From Podarcis liolepis (taxonomy: Eukaryota), in the NCBI GenBank assembly GCA_965112155.1, contig OZ218102.1: 64,000 nucleotides of DNA. One strand, given 5' to 3'. A program made the translations under genes and the position numbers. The notes beneath the pieces are model-generated. The model was not told the origin of the DNA. It ran no database searches and saw nothing but the letters and a program-made list of their open reading frames with translations. Numbering within the stretch: the stretch's first letter is position 1; each line of letters begins with the position of its first letter. Below are positions 39,492 through 52,874 of this stretch, in pieces.

Positions 39492-41152
39492 GCTTAGGTC
39501 TTGTGATTCTTTCGACCGGATTTCTGCCTCCCTGGGGAAACTGGCCAGAAGTGTCGAGGAAGGGTTGACAAAAAATTTCAAATCCAAGCTTTTGCAAAAA
39601 ATCATGAATACGTTTGTCAGGATTGTATAACCTGAAGGTAGTAGCTATGGGTTGGGAATATAGAATCATAGAATTGTAGAGTTGGAAGGGACCCTGAAGA
39701 TCATCTAGTCCAAAACCCTGCAAAGCTGTCCCTTACGAGGACTGAACCTGCAACCTTGGGGTTATAAGTACCACTGAGTTTTGCACTGCATGTGAACAAC
39801 CGGCTCAGAAGTGACCTGATGTCATTTCCCTGCTGGAGGAATCACTTAGAGATGGTAGCATACCATGAAAATATTGGGAACCTGCTAGACCAAGCTCCTG
39901 CAGTATCCATATTAATATTTGTATGCCTACATAAATTTGTTAAGTCATCCAACCTCTCACATAGCCAAGATGTATGTAGCAAGCATGTCCCGCTGAGTAA
40001 AATAGGATCATTCACAAATAAATATTCATAATATTGCCTTTTCACAGTTAAAGACCCACAGGCATATTTTCCAGAGGATTTTTCACTGCACAGCCTAGCC
40101 AGATCCTATCACGGATGGCCTATTTTTACAAGAATCTTATAAGGCACTGTGAATATCCTCTTCAATGTAGAAACAACCTTACTGCCAATTTTATTATCAT
40201 AGTGAGCTAGAATCAATGTGAGAAGTTACTGATGCCTCTAGACATTATCTGTGATGATGGAGTCACTAAAGGAAGAATGACCATGTCTGTTAACACTTAG
40301 TATTGATTCAAATATACATTCACACACAACGGTACCTGAAGACTTGAAACATATTCCTAAGTGGTACTCAACGAGTCTGGTTGCCTTAGAAGCAAAGTTT
40401 CAAACACTGTTATATGGAATTTTTAAGAGATCAGGTCAGTTCTTACAGTGCTGCTTGATTTACATATGGGAATTAGCGAAGGTGTATATCAGGAGCACAG
40501 ATCTTAAGGAAGTCTCAAGTCCAAACATCAGGGTGGTGGCGAGAGGTCCTAGTGAACAGTTTGGTAATCAGGGTGTATTTAAGTCTAGGAGCTGGTGCAC
40601 ACATTGTTCCAGGACTCTGTCTAGAACTGAAGCCTAAAGTCTTCAGAGCCCTGACTTGTGAAGAGTGGCTTATTCTCAAATATCTCTTTGTTCAAATGGA
40701 TACTTTATTCCTCAGGCAAGTACCTGCAGCTGGAGATTGACCAATTCTGCACCATTAGGTACCTGCACTCCTGAGGACTAGGTGGCCATTTGGCGTCTGT
40801 CTCTAAGACAAATATGGGGTTACCTGTCCCGAGGGCACAGAATCAACAGATCTGCTTCAAGAGCCATTGCCAAAGACTGCACCATTGTGATTTTAGCTTC
40901 AGGAACTCCATGTGAGCCCTCAAAAAAGATTCCTCCAGGAGGGACATGACATTGGATCACTTCTCAGTTAGCCGGTTGTTCACATGCAATAAATATCCAT
41001 AGCTACTGCCTTCAGGTTATACAACCCTGACAAACTTGGTCATGATTCTTTGCAAAAGTTTGGATTTGGAAAACTTTGTCAACCCTTCCTCAACGCTTCC
41101 TGCCAGTTTCCCCAGTGAGGCACAAAGCCAGTTGAAAGAACCACACCTAAGC
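39492..41152. repeat. Long inverted repeat pair (about 225-bp arms) enclosing about 1.08 kb; possible foldback or TIR element
   Basis: The reverse complement of 40928-41152 aligns with 39492-39843 once the SINE at 39658-39778 is removed. Confidence 0.85.
39658..39778 (-). mobile_element. tRNA-derived SINE with CR1-like tail, 5'-truncated, interrupting an inverted repeat arm
   Basis: ATAGAATCATAGAATTGTAGAGTTGGAAGGGACCCTGAAGATCATCTAGTCC on the plus strand; similar to 38386-38531. Confidence 0.8.
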
Positions 41153-41224
41153 CGGTAAAAGTTTTATTAATGCCAACCTCTCTATAAGATACTAGCCATT
41201 CTTTAATATATGGAAGGCATAAAG

Positions 41225-41357
41225 AAAGGATGGGGAAGCTACGGTTCTCTGGATATTGCTGGACTCTAGCTCCTAACATTCCTGGCTACTGGCCACCCTG
41301 GTTGGGGCCAACAGAAAAGCCCAACAACATTTGAAGGGCCACTGGTCCCCTACCCTG
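41225..41357. mobile_element. Degraded hAT-type MITE related to 7745-7880
   Basis: GATGGGGAA..GGATATTGCTGGACT..CCCAACAACATTTGAAGGGCCAC..CCCTACCCTG layout; another degraded copy at about 50355-50487. Confidence 0.55.
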
Positions 41358-42239
41358 ATTTAGATGACTATAATCTAAGGGTGAAAAAAGGGAATAAATC
41401 TCTCCATGCAAATAGTGAAGAAGATGTGAACAAAACACTTTGTGATTTCATCTAAGGCAAGCATGGGGAATACTTTTCAACAAAGGGCCACAGACTCCCG
41501 TGGGCAACCTTCCAGGGTGTTCATGCCAGTCATGCATACAGCCAGATCCAAAAGCAAGTAGAGCAATGGATGTGACTCTTACCTTTCTTATAACAGGCTA
41601 TATCCCAACTATGTACAACTAAAGAGATTTCTACACATCTCCACTCTGACAACCAATAGAAATGGCAAGGACACATTCCTCCGAGGCAAAAGCACTTGAT
41701 CAGGGTACAGAGCAGGGCTGGTGAGAAATATGGATGGGGAGAGAGGCCAGAGTTTCCCCACCCAATTTAATGAACCCTGGCAAGAAGTGCAGAGGAGGAT
41801 GTCTTCCATGACTCACTGATTTATTCCAGCCCACCATTTCAGAACTGTTGCCATGTGGGTCATAGAACATTCAGGTTGATACAGCTGGAACCTCTGGAGA
41901 AAATATATTTCACTCCCCACCAAATGATTTCAGACTAGATAGGATACAGAACTGCACTGATGTGTAGGTGGGGCCTTTGTGTGTTTTTTTTTAAAAAAAA
42001 ACCAACCATAGCATGGAGCAGACTCTTGAATAATAAGTTTGGCAGTTTATCATTTTGTTCTAAAATAACTGAAGAGCCAATTGACCACTAAGTTAAGCTT
42101 TCTTGATCTCCAATGTACATTTAGCAAAATTATCCTGCTACCCACACATTCTATTTATCTGACACTAACTCCTAAAAGCAGCATATAGTCACCAGAAGAA
42201 TATCAAATTATGGCTGTGAGTCGTGGAAGACTTGCTCCC

Positions 42240-42577
42240 TGCCTAACTAGCCTGTTCCACCTGGCTTGGGAGGGCAGAGCTCTGACTTACTCCAGCTACA
42301 AAAGCTGGGGCTGCTGAATAGACTCTTGGGTTGGGGCATTGTTTAGGAGGGATTGTTGGTTTTTTTTGTGCTGTTATATTATTTTTTGTATGTTTATGTT
42401 TACATTTTATTTATTTACATCTTATTCATGCAGAAATTGTTCAATAATGGCTGTGTACTTTTGATATGCTTTAGTCATTGTTTTTGACTACTTTTGATAT
42501 GTTTGTAATTACGTAAATCTTTTCACGTGTAAGCCGTCTTGAACATGGTTTTAACTATGGAAAGACGGCATACAAAT
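42240..42577 (+). mobile_element. L2-like 3' tail, host of the 42580 MITE
   Basis: T-rich stretch ending TGTAAGCCGTCTTGAACATGG..ATGGAAAGACGGCATACAAAT; the tail resumes after the MITE (AAATGGTGATG). Confidence 0.55.
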
Positions 42578-42579
42578 TA

Positions 42580-42736
42580 CCGTATTTTTCCGTGTATAAG
42601 ACTAGGGTTGGTTTTTTTTACCAGAAAATTAGGTTTAAAATTGGGGCTTATCTTATAGACAGGTAGTGCTAAAGAGTGTTTTCTTAATTTGGAGTCTCCC
42701 AAAATAGGGGGCGTCCTATACACGGAAAAAATACGA
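42580..42736. mobile_element. Tc2-type MITE, empty 157-bp copy of the family that flanks FKBP3
   Basis: TA-CCGTATTTTTCCGTGTATA ... TATACACGGAAAAAATACGA-TA; TA target duplication. Confidence 0.9.
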
Positions 42737-43535
42737 TAAATGGTGATGGAGAAATTTTTCATCCCTAAGTTGCAAGCTAAGAAAACAGTTGCAAACCTTA
42801 TGGACACTGGAACCAAACTGTCTTTACTCTGTAGTTATAATAAAAAATGAGATTAAGTATTCATCGTAATGCTAAAAAAAGGGCAGAATTCATGCTCATA
42901 CTCTGATGCTCCAACTGTGACAATATATTTGGCTCTAGTGTTAAAGCAGTAATAATGGCAGCTGTGTGTTTCTCCAGACAGCAATTTACAAGTAAATTTA
43001 CAATTTTGGGAGATTAGGCTCACATTATGTTTTTGTATGAGGTCCACTGCTGAGAGAACCCTAAACCACAGGATTTCTAGGGCATAATGGAAATAACTGT
43101 ATCCACTTAGATTTACGTAGCTGTGCTTCTGTTTACAAAACCCCCAAATAGAACTGTTCTTACTGTAGATTGTGCTCTAGTGTTAACTTGCCCGCATAAA
43201 TTGTTTTTCAGTGCCAACTTCTCCATCGCCAAGCCCTAATCACAAGATCAGGTTCATTCATTTTACTGAGACACGGGCTGCTATTGACCAGAGCACCAAA
43301 CTACACATAAAACAACAATGGCCAGAATGCAAATGCCATGTTGTCCAAATGCAGTGTTATGCATCCAGAATCGCTGTAGCTGGGTCCACAGAACGTCATA
43401 GATCAATAGAATATTCTGTACTATTGTATAAAGGTGTCTCTGCAGCTTCAGAAGCCCGTATCTTTTTGTGGCAAGAGTGTAGCTGCACCACTATCAACAG
43501 CATAGGTTGTGTATCTGATCACAGGTTACATTATA

Positions 43536-43891
43536 CAGTGGTGCCTCACAAGACGAAATTAATCCGTTCCGCGAGTCTCTTCGTCTAGCGGTTTTTTCGT
43601 CTTGCGAAGCAACCCTATTAGTGGCTTAGCAGATTGGCGCTATTAGCGGTTTAGCGGCTATTAAAGGCTTAGCGGCTATTAAAGGCTTAGCGGATTAGCG
43701 GCTAAAAGGCTATTAGCGGCTTAGCAAAAGGGGGGGGGGGCCGAAAAAAATCGGAACACTCACAAGACGTTTTCGTCTTGCAAAGCAAGCCCATAGGGAA
43801 AATCATCTTGCGAAGCAGCTCAAAAACAGAAAACCCTTTCGTCTAGCGGGTTTTCCGTCTTGCGAGGCATTCATCTTGCGGGGCACCACTG
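43536..43891. mobile_element. Tigger/pogo-type MITE
   Basis: TA-CAGTGGTGCCTCACAAGACGAA ... TTCATCTTGCGGGGCACCACTG inverted ends; the right flank is TT rather than TA. Confidence 0.88.
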
Positions 43892-43961
43892 TTGTTACAT
43901 ATTCCAGCGTTCATTCTGGACTGCTACAGAATAGGCTGTTAGCATAAGGGATATTTATGTA

Positions 43962-44658
43962 CCATATTTTTTGCTCTATAAGACACACTTTTCCCCTCCT
44001 AAAAAGTAAGGGGGAATGTGTGTGCGTCTTATGCAGTGAATGCAGGCGGGAGGCTCTGCTCAGCGCTCCCTTTAAAGAGCCGCACGCACACTCTGTGTGC
44101 TCTTTAAAGGGAGCGCGACTCTTGGGGGATCCTTAGCCACGCGCAGCCTCTCCTGGGCAGGGGATGAAGGCGCACGGCCAAAGAAGAAGCCAGGACAGCC
44201 AGCAGGATGCATCCTGCTGGCTGTCTTTGCTTAAGCCAGAGAGGCTGCGTACAGCTAAAGAAGCCAGGACAGCAAGCAGGATCCCGCTGGCTGTTCTACC
44301 TTCTGGCTTAGCCACGGGATAACGGGGAGCCTTTATCCCACTGCCCTGCGGAGGCTTCGCGCAGCTATCCCTGGCTTTTGCAGGAGGTGGGGGAAGGGAC
44401 AGAGCGCGCGGCTCTTGCGGGAGGAAAGCCAGTAGGCTTGCTTTTGCTAAAGCCAGGAGGGCAAGAGGGATTGGTGCGCACCGATCCTGCTTGCTCTCCT
44501 GGCTTCAGGGATAGCCCCACAAAGCCTCCTGAGCGAAGATGGAGGAGCGCTCCCTCTTAGCTCAGGATGCTTTGCGTTCCTTTCCTATTTCTTGTTTTCC
44601 TCCTCTAAAACTAGGTGCGTCCAATCGTCTGGTGCGTCTAATAGAGCGAAAAATACGG
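43962..44658. mobile_element. Tc2-type non-autonomous element with GC-rich palindromic interior
   Basis: TA-CCATATTTTTTGCTCTAT ... ATAGAGCGAAAAATACGG-TA; arms match 47910-48076. Confidence 0.9.
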
Positions 44659-47600
44659 TACTTTTCTTTCTCAGAAAAACGAACAGAACAGATTTAAAAG
44701 TCCATGAACCCTCCACATGCCTTTTGCTGCTGCAATTTCCTCCTTAAAGCTCTGCCTGCTCCAGTATTCCATAAGTCTATTCCCCTAACCTGAACTGTGC
44801 CTCATTTCCTGGCTTGACCACATCCTGATGAGCTTCTTCTCAAAACAAGACAATATATTAAGTCCCTGGAATAAGCTCCCCATAACCCATATGTGATTCA
44901 GATTTGCTGGCTCTAACTCTTGAACCAAGAGATTTTCTTTACAGAGTGACTCCGGAAGCGTAGAATTCCCCATATAATTTGTCTCCTAAGTGAAGGCCCT
45001 TCTCTTTGCCTTGCCAACCTTTGAATGGGAGGGTACTGGAAGGGCCACCCACACATTAGATGTTCAATAACCTACACACTAAGCTGAAAACCAAGTATGC
45101 AGGAGATTTTCACATTCTTCAAGCATGAATGAAAATCCATGCCTGGCCTTTGCAAAAGAAGGCAACCTAGATGGGGGGGGGGGGAATCAGTGTGGGAGGG
45201 GAAGAACCCAATAATTCATTACTGCACTCTCTTTTATCTAAAAATTATAGCTTTAAAAATGGCAATTAAGCATGCCTTTTGTTTCAATTACTTGTATTTT
45301 TGTGCCATCCATCTTGGCCTCTCCCTGCTCCTTCCCAAAAGCGCAAGTAAAAGGTGGCACAAGTTTTCTTTTTTTGCAGTAACTAGCACGTAAAAATATT
45401 GTAAACATCTCCACCAGACTGAATGCTTCACCCAACCAACACAAATAATTCATGATCCTCGGTTTGCATCCAGAAAGAAATGAAACAAAAAACTGACAAA
45501 AGCCAAGGCTGCTGTGTTAGGAGAGGGAGAGCATTTGAATGAGAGCAGTGTGCCGGAAATGCCCCAGTTTGAAGACTGCATATCTAGCATTTTATGGAAC
45601 TGGAGGGGAATCTGAGATTAAAGCTCATTCCCTAGTGATTGAAGGATTGTGGGAGGTGTAAGTGTGGGCAGTTGTCAGATTAATTCTTTAGATGATTAAA
45701 TTCTTTTTGTTTCTTTAAAGCTGTTTGTAGTCATGTTTGAAGTCTCTTCATTCTGAGCGAGTGTAATGCTGCAGTTACCAAGGTGACTTTTGCTGACTTT
45801 CAACTATTTCTTCCCCCATCTTCTGTTCTTACCAACAGCCTGAATTGGTTTTTAAATCTTGTGAACTGAGATGAACAACAGTGCTGTTAGCCGCAGTGCT
45901 GTTAGCTGCAGCCACATTAGACTTTGGCACTGGGCTTGTGTAGCAGTTGGCCAAACTCGTAACTTGCAGCAAAACTACACACTGCAGCATCTCCTTATCT
46001 TTTTGCTATATGCAAAATGACTGAAGAAACAACCTGGTTAAAACACGCCATGACCACATGCACAAACCTGCAACCACCGTTGGTCCTCTTGGCACATTAG
46101 AAATGGGTGGCTGAAATCAGCACCCCTTTATGCCAATTAGTAAAAATCTTTAGGCCCCTGGAGATATTCCAACATTTACTTGCTACACAAAGTTTAACCA
46201 TTCCATTCTTGGTATAAAATAAAAAAGTCACATGCACAAAACTACTGCAGACACAGAACTCCTTGCAAACTCTTACTTTGCAGCAAACTATACTTTGCAA
46301 TTTTATCCAAACCAGGCAAATTCTGGTTTGCAAAAGCCAGAGATTGCGAGCAAAACAGAGTTCACAGGTAGCTGAAGAAGGAATCTAACCACACAAATTC
46401 AAGGCTCAATAATATAATGCCAAACCACAGTTTGATGCTACATTTGAGCTGACACTATGTCCATTTTATATGCTAGGATAGTACAATTCAGCAAACAGGA
46501 AAATAATAATTGGATGTTAGTAGAGTTTAGCTTCCATGTAGTGCAACAACCTTGCCACTGTGAAAGTCAGTCTCCTCCGCTTCACAACTGAACTGGAAAA
46601 AAGACAGCATTTGAGCACTATTAAGCTGAGTAAGACATTTATACTTCAATTTTGCCATATTCATAGTTGAGAAAGCCTTACTGCCTAGAATATTGCTTTG
46701 GTTAACCCATTATTTAAACAGCTTTTAGATTCTCATACCACACAACTTCCCTGTGTTTCACCTGAACAAATGGTGCACTCACACTAATTCCATGTTGTAT
46801 CAGACTACAAATGATCTTTAGAACATTCTCACTGAGAAAAGGTGTTTAACAAATACATGAAAAATAATTTGAGTTGCATTCAACTAAGTCCTACTCAAGA
46901 GTAAAACTGGCACCAACCCTTTTATTTCTAATCCCATTTTGAGGTATTGAGACCATGCGTTTGATCTGCATCTCCTAGATTTCTAGTGGGATGCAGAGGC
47001 AGCTTTAAATATGTTAAGGTTTCTGGTGCAGGATTTATTGTACTGAGAACAATTAAGAAGTCTGGCTGATCTTTGCTACTCTGAGCCAGGGCATTTCATA
47101 CCAGCCCATTATGCTGAAAGCGTGCTTAAGACTGTTGCCAGTTCTGACAGTTGTGTGCCCGTGCTAGCCTTTCTTCTGACATCCATCACAAAGTATGCAC
47201 CAGAAAGAATAAAATACAGCTTCAGCATACATAACCATTCTAATACTCCAATTTTACTACATATAGCAGTTCTCTCTTATCCATTATTTTGGGCATTTCA
47301 TTTGGCCAAGAGGCAGAGAACTAACCTTTTCCATGATGGTGTATATTATGATAACTGGAAGTAAGAGAGCTTTTCATTTTTCAAATCCTGACTGTTTGTC
47401 TGAGGTGCTCCCACGGTTCCCCTCATTTTCCTTAGAAGCTGCATATCTTAACTCTCCATCTTACTCATTGATCTGCCTTGCCCTTGCTCCAAAACAATAT
47501 GCAATGCATGGCTACCTAAACTGTGTTCTAGCTGCATCTGGGTGGGCTTAAACAATCCAAACCACCATCCTTAACAAGACCCTAATCCTAAAGATTTGTT

Positions 47601-47909
47601 CTGGTTCTGAGATTCTGAAAAAAGTCTCCATGTCCGTGACAGTACACTGCCATGGTTGAATTTGCTCTATTTGCAGGTGAAAAATGCTTGGGATCAAGCT
47701 ATTTGAAAGGCTTGGCATAACATAGTTTAAGAACTCCTTTCCAAACTGAGAGCAAGAGTACTGGGTAACCAATAAGAATACTTTTTGCAGGTTTGCTAGT
47801 CATACGTTTCAGCATATACACTGAGTCAATAAGTGCTATGAACAAAAACATAATTTTGATAATTTTGTCTATAGGCCTCCACTTACTAGGCTAATGAGAA
47901 AAGAACCTA

Positions 47910-48076
47910 CCGTATTTTTTGCACCATAACACTCACTTTTTTCCTCCTAGAAAGTAAGGGGAAATGTCTGCGTGTTATGGAGGAAATGCCTACGGGTGGC
48001 ATGCCTACGGATTTTCCTCCTCTAAAAACTATGTGCGTGTTATGGTCGGGTGCGTGTTATAGAGCGAAAAATATGG
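47910..48076. mobile_element. Tc2-type MITE, short 167-bp copy of the 43962 family
   Basis: TA-CCGTATTTTTTGC ... GCGAAAAATATGG-TA; shares TTCCTCCTA.AAAGTAAGGGGAA and TTTTCCTCCTCTAAAA.CTA.GTGCGT with 43962-44658. Confidence 0.9.
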
Positions 48077-51000
48077 TACATCACAGGTAGCAATAACCTT
48101 CTTTAGTATGCTCTGAAGAGTTTAAGATCACACACAATGTAAGATATATTGCTCTGGTAGGGAACTTGTCTTCAGCTTAAAGTTTGTAGACCTAATACCA
48201 TGTGCCACTATCCTTGGCCAAACCAAAGTCCAATCCGAAAGGTAAATTCTGTGGCCAGTGCCAGATGCTTCTGATCAAGTGCATGGAAACCTGCAGAAAA
48301 AACCAGTCTTCTTTAAACAAACAAAACAAAACAAAACCTGAGGATACTAGAGGCCTGTTTAAGAATTGATGCAAGTAATTTAGGCTGCCACCATAACCTC
48401 ACTAAGCTGGGAGTGAACCCCATCAAATTCAGTAGAACTAAGTAAACATGGTTAGAATTGCTCTGTTAGATAAATTACTTCCTTTCAATAACTTTCCTTT
48501 GAGAGAAACTGAAACAGTAATTAGAAAGAAGACTCATAACTAGTGTTCATGTTAATCCACATACTACCTGCTTTATCAATAGTAACTGGTTCTTCATATA
48601 GCTCTGAGAACATATCCAAAAGCATTTACAAAACTGAAAGTCTTTTCAGCTATCCACCAAACTGAGCACACATACATCCCACCAATCCCCCCCAGAACAC
48701 TGGGAAGTAGCTGCATTTGATTCATGCAGAATACAGGAGAATATTTTCCATCACTATGTGCCATAGGATCAAGTAAAATGGCAAAGGATATTGATTCCTG
48801 TGCTTGTTTGCTCCCAGCAGTTGCTGGAAGCCAAGCATGTGAAAGGATTCTCCCTTTGGATGTAAGGCAACTGGGAATATGGCAACAATCACCATGCCAT
48901 CACTTCCTTACTTCCACTAGCTTAAAAGGCCAATAGCTCAGTTCAGAGGTAGGTCTCCTTAAATATCTGAAGCCCAAGGAAGCAACATTCATGCAATCCC
49001 ATCTCTAGCCCAGCCCAGCACAGACTGTATTGCAGTTTATTGAGTATGCAACAGAGGGCGATCTAAGGCTACTTCATGGAAGAAAGAAAACAAATATTCC
49101 CTGTTAACTGTTATTCTTAGACTCTTCTGTTCAGTTCCACACACAGGACTGAATCTGCACAGTTCCCCCTTCCTCTATAACCATCTGGAAGCAAATAGTA
49201 GGGCACAGTAGCTTCTCATTTAGTTATTTCACACCACCGAAAATCTGCAATTCAAATCATGTCAGTTATATTCCTCTTGAGGAGGAGAGGAGTACAATGC
49301 AATTCCAACATAAAAGGTAAGAAACTTCATTTTCTTCATGACGTGCGAGCCTACATACAGGAGACCAGCAAACTGGTTATATGGAAAAATCTGTCAATTA
49401 CACAACTTAAGAACTGCCTGTTCTACTGCTGCAGCCTCTCTTGGTTGGAGGACCCTAGTGTAGGCTGGATGATCTTTAAGAAGATTAAGAAAGACCATGT
49501 TGCCCTCCTGAAATGTCTGTTAGGTATTAGCCTTACCAGAATGCAACAGAGGATAACAAAGACAATCAGCCAGACTACTGTACATACAAAGTCTACATCT
49601 CTGAGAAAGACTGGCAAGATACCAGAAGACCTTTTTGCTATTGGCAAAACCTGTGGAACAGCTGGGAATTTTGATAATTCCTGGTTCTGATTAAACGAGA
49701 AAGTAAGGGCTTGACAAAACACAGTGTGGAGAGAAAGAGTATGGAATACAAAGCAAGTTATGAAGGCTTCTTAGGCTGCATCAAACCTATCCTACAACAA
49801 CCGCTCACGTTCCTTTGCTTGTTCATAATCTTATTCTTTGCTAACAGTACACACCACCTCTGTGGAGTTTATTCAAACACCCTCAAGACGCATGTCACTG
49901 CTCTTTATTCCAGTGAACTGACTTGTGACTTGGGTTCTGAGACCACAAACAACCTCCCTTTCAATGAGTATGCCAACCTGTCACAAGTATTTAGAGCACT
50001 CTGGAACAGAATCTTTGACAAGGGTATAAACCACATGTTGTCTGAAAGCAATATTCCACCACCATTTTGGGGTGGCTCTAAAATATACATTTTTGGGGAG
50101 GGGTGAAAGTAAGCTATTAAAGTTCTAACAAACTATGACAAAAGGCACTTGGAAGTAGTAGTAGGCGTAGTAGTTGTCACAGCAGTTATTATTATTTAAT
50201 TAAATTTATACTGTAAAGCCCATCTAAACTCAACTTTAAAAAACCCCACCCCCTCTCTTTTCTTGTAACAGGCAACAACAAACTTCCTTTTGTGTACCTG
50301 GAAATTATCATTTTGGGACCACCCTACTCTTTTGTAAGTCTTTGTACATCAGAGGCCAGATTTTCCCAACCTGATGCCTTCCAAATGTTTTCAACTACAA
50401 CTGCCACCAACTAGCACAACCAATAGTCAGGGGGTGGTGAAAGCGGTATCAAAAACATCCGGAGGACACCAGGCTGGTGAAGCCTATCAGATTAGAACTA
50501 CCTGGACTCAGTGCATCTCTAGGAAACACTGAAGTATGTGTTTCTCGTTCGTTTTGCTGGCATCCCCACTGTCTCAGGGATAGCTTTTATTGTTAATCAT
50601 TAAATTGCCATTTTGTTACACTCTCTCAATAAAACTCCATTTGCATTCTTCTCTGTGTTGTTCCCTGTATGCCTTACATGAGGGCACTAGACTAAAACAA
50701 GGCAAAGCTACTCATGCTATACTCCTGTGTATTTTAATAAGTGAGCTAGCTCTACCAGATGGACAGCAGCTTATCCTCTGGCAGAACAGGCAGGGATGCA
50801 GTGGGGAAGTGTCTCCCTAGCACACGTAAAGGGAATATTTTATTCCCTGAACAGAGCAGCCATCTGCAGACGTGTTTAGGATGTGTGGTTACAGCAAGCT
50901 GGGGCAGGCAAGTAGAGACAAGCTATATATACTTCTGATATTCCTTTGAAGGGACAAAGCCCTACAATAAAGGAAATCTACCGCTAAATCAGGAATCAAG

Positions 51001-52874
51001 TAGCAAATTGGCAATGGATCATTTGCACTGGTTCCAGATGGGTTTTCTGGCAAGACTCAAGCTTGTGTATCTCGAGTTCAGCACACAAAAGTCCACAAGT
51101 TATTCCTGCAAGGAATAGCACACTTAGTGTAGCCAACTAAATTTTACTCAGAGTAGGGCAATTAAATTAATGGATCAAAGTTAGCCATGCTCATTATTTT
51201 CAACGGGTTTACAATGGGTAAGACTATAATTTGCTACAACCCAAGGATAGCAGAATTGTTGATGTTGGTGCTGCCTCAAACAGGGCACTACGCATCCCTA
51301 TTCATGCACTTTTTAAAAAACCATCAATGCCATGCGTAAGATGAAATATGAAGATATATGTCTTTCAGGTCCAAGGGCACAAACTGCTCAGTGGAGCAGG
51401 ACTTCCAGCAAACAAGGCATATGGAGTTCTACGTGGCCAAAACATGTTCAACAACAAAAGATCTAATACTGGAGGGCAACCATCTGCCTATCTTGGGAAC
51501 TGCAAATTAGTAAGAACAATCCCTTGCTCTCCTCCCCAAGGGGAACTGTTCTCTCACTCCTGAACAGAAGTGTTTCTGACTCCTGCAGAAGGAAGAGATT
51601 CTGATAATCCTTGCAATGTCCTGGTCTCTGTCAAGATGATTAAGAAGACTCCGTTAGAACTCTATAAAGAGCAACTGGTTCTGAACTGGATGGACTGTTC
51701 CAAGTAATGGATTCCCACACTAGAAGGATGTGATTAAGCTGATACCCTTACGAATGGCTGGCCAAGATGCAGTGCTTACAGATAAAGTTACTAAGGCTCT
51801 GTCTCTCATGGGAAGTCCGAGTTGGCTACGCTTTTTCACAGACTTTTAACAAGATTCAACAATGTAATCCTCTCCAAGGTATACTGAATAGCAAATGTAG
51901 AAGATGAGATCTTGCCCTCGGAAAGACAGTATTTTTTAAAAATTATTCACCCCTTTGAGTCATCTACAGATAGCAGACGCTGATAGTGCTAAGAATCACC
52001 TTTGAGAACAAATTCTGCTACTCGTTACCATCACAAAAAAGAGTACCTGAGGTACCACTGTACGAAGGAAAAACATCCAAAAAGCAGCAACATATAATAG
52101 TTATACAAACAAATTTCAGAGAACAATGCTCTTCTTTATCGCTACTAATGCACTGGTCATAAGGGGCTTCCCTACAATCTCATGTGTGAAGTGCAAAAGG
52201 CCTTCAAATGAAGGGAAGGATGAACATATGCTTCCAAAAAGGCTCTACTATTAACTGGATGGCAAGCAGGAGAAACATAAAATACCCCAAGTATCAGTGA
52301 CAGGCCTCCACATTCACTCACTTGCTTGCAGTTGGTAAGTAGTCATGCTTATGTTCTTTTTGCAATTAAGTTTATTAGTTTATCAATATTCCCTCAACAA
52401 TAGCCAAATTATAGCAATATCAATTAATTTCAGAACAATATCAATTAATTGCCATGCTTATGTTCTGCCCACCCACTGATAACATCACTTAGGCCTGTTT
52501 TGCAGAGCCCCGTTTATTTTACCCATTAGTATCTATGTTCCTATCTGGCCATCATCCACTTTGCTTATATCATCTACTTTGTCAGTCTGGTAACACCATG
52601 GATGACTTAACTATCAGAGGTATGCACTGTGTAATTCTTGGTCAGCTGTCTAGAAATTCTGAACCTGCTCTAAAACACAAACCTACCTTTATGTTGCATT
52701 CTCCCTTTTCAATTTCTGTCTTTTAGATTGTGAGCCATCCAGAAGTATTGCATAAATAGCTATCACCAGGTTAGAAACCTTAAGCCAGTCTTTCCTTCCA
52801 TTATTTTCCCAAGGCTAAGCCAAATTAGACACATCTTCCACCACCTCAGGACCCAAACACAAGACTAAACTTAC

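Noticed and set aside
39845-40925. Transposase or tyrosine recombinase inside the long inverted repeat (DIRS-like idea)
   Set aside because: No recognisable DDE, RT or recombinase motif in the frames I translated; left unclassified.
43615-43725. CRISPR-like array
   Set aside because: Eukaryotic DNA, no unique spacers; it is a minisatellite inside a MITE.
4075-50330. GLI-binding sites suggesting Hedgehog feedback (GGCCACCCA near 4077, 5353 and 45043; GACCACCCT near 50317)
   Set aside because: All are one-mismatch versions of GACCACCCA, expected by chance in 64 kb, and one lies in a repeat.
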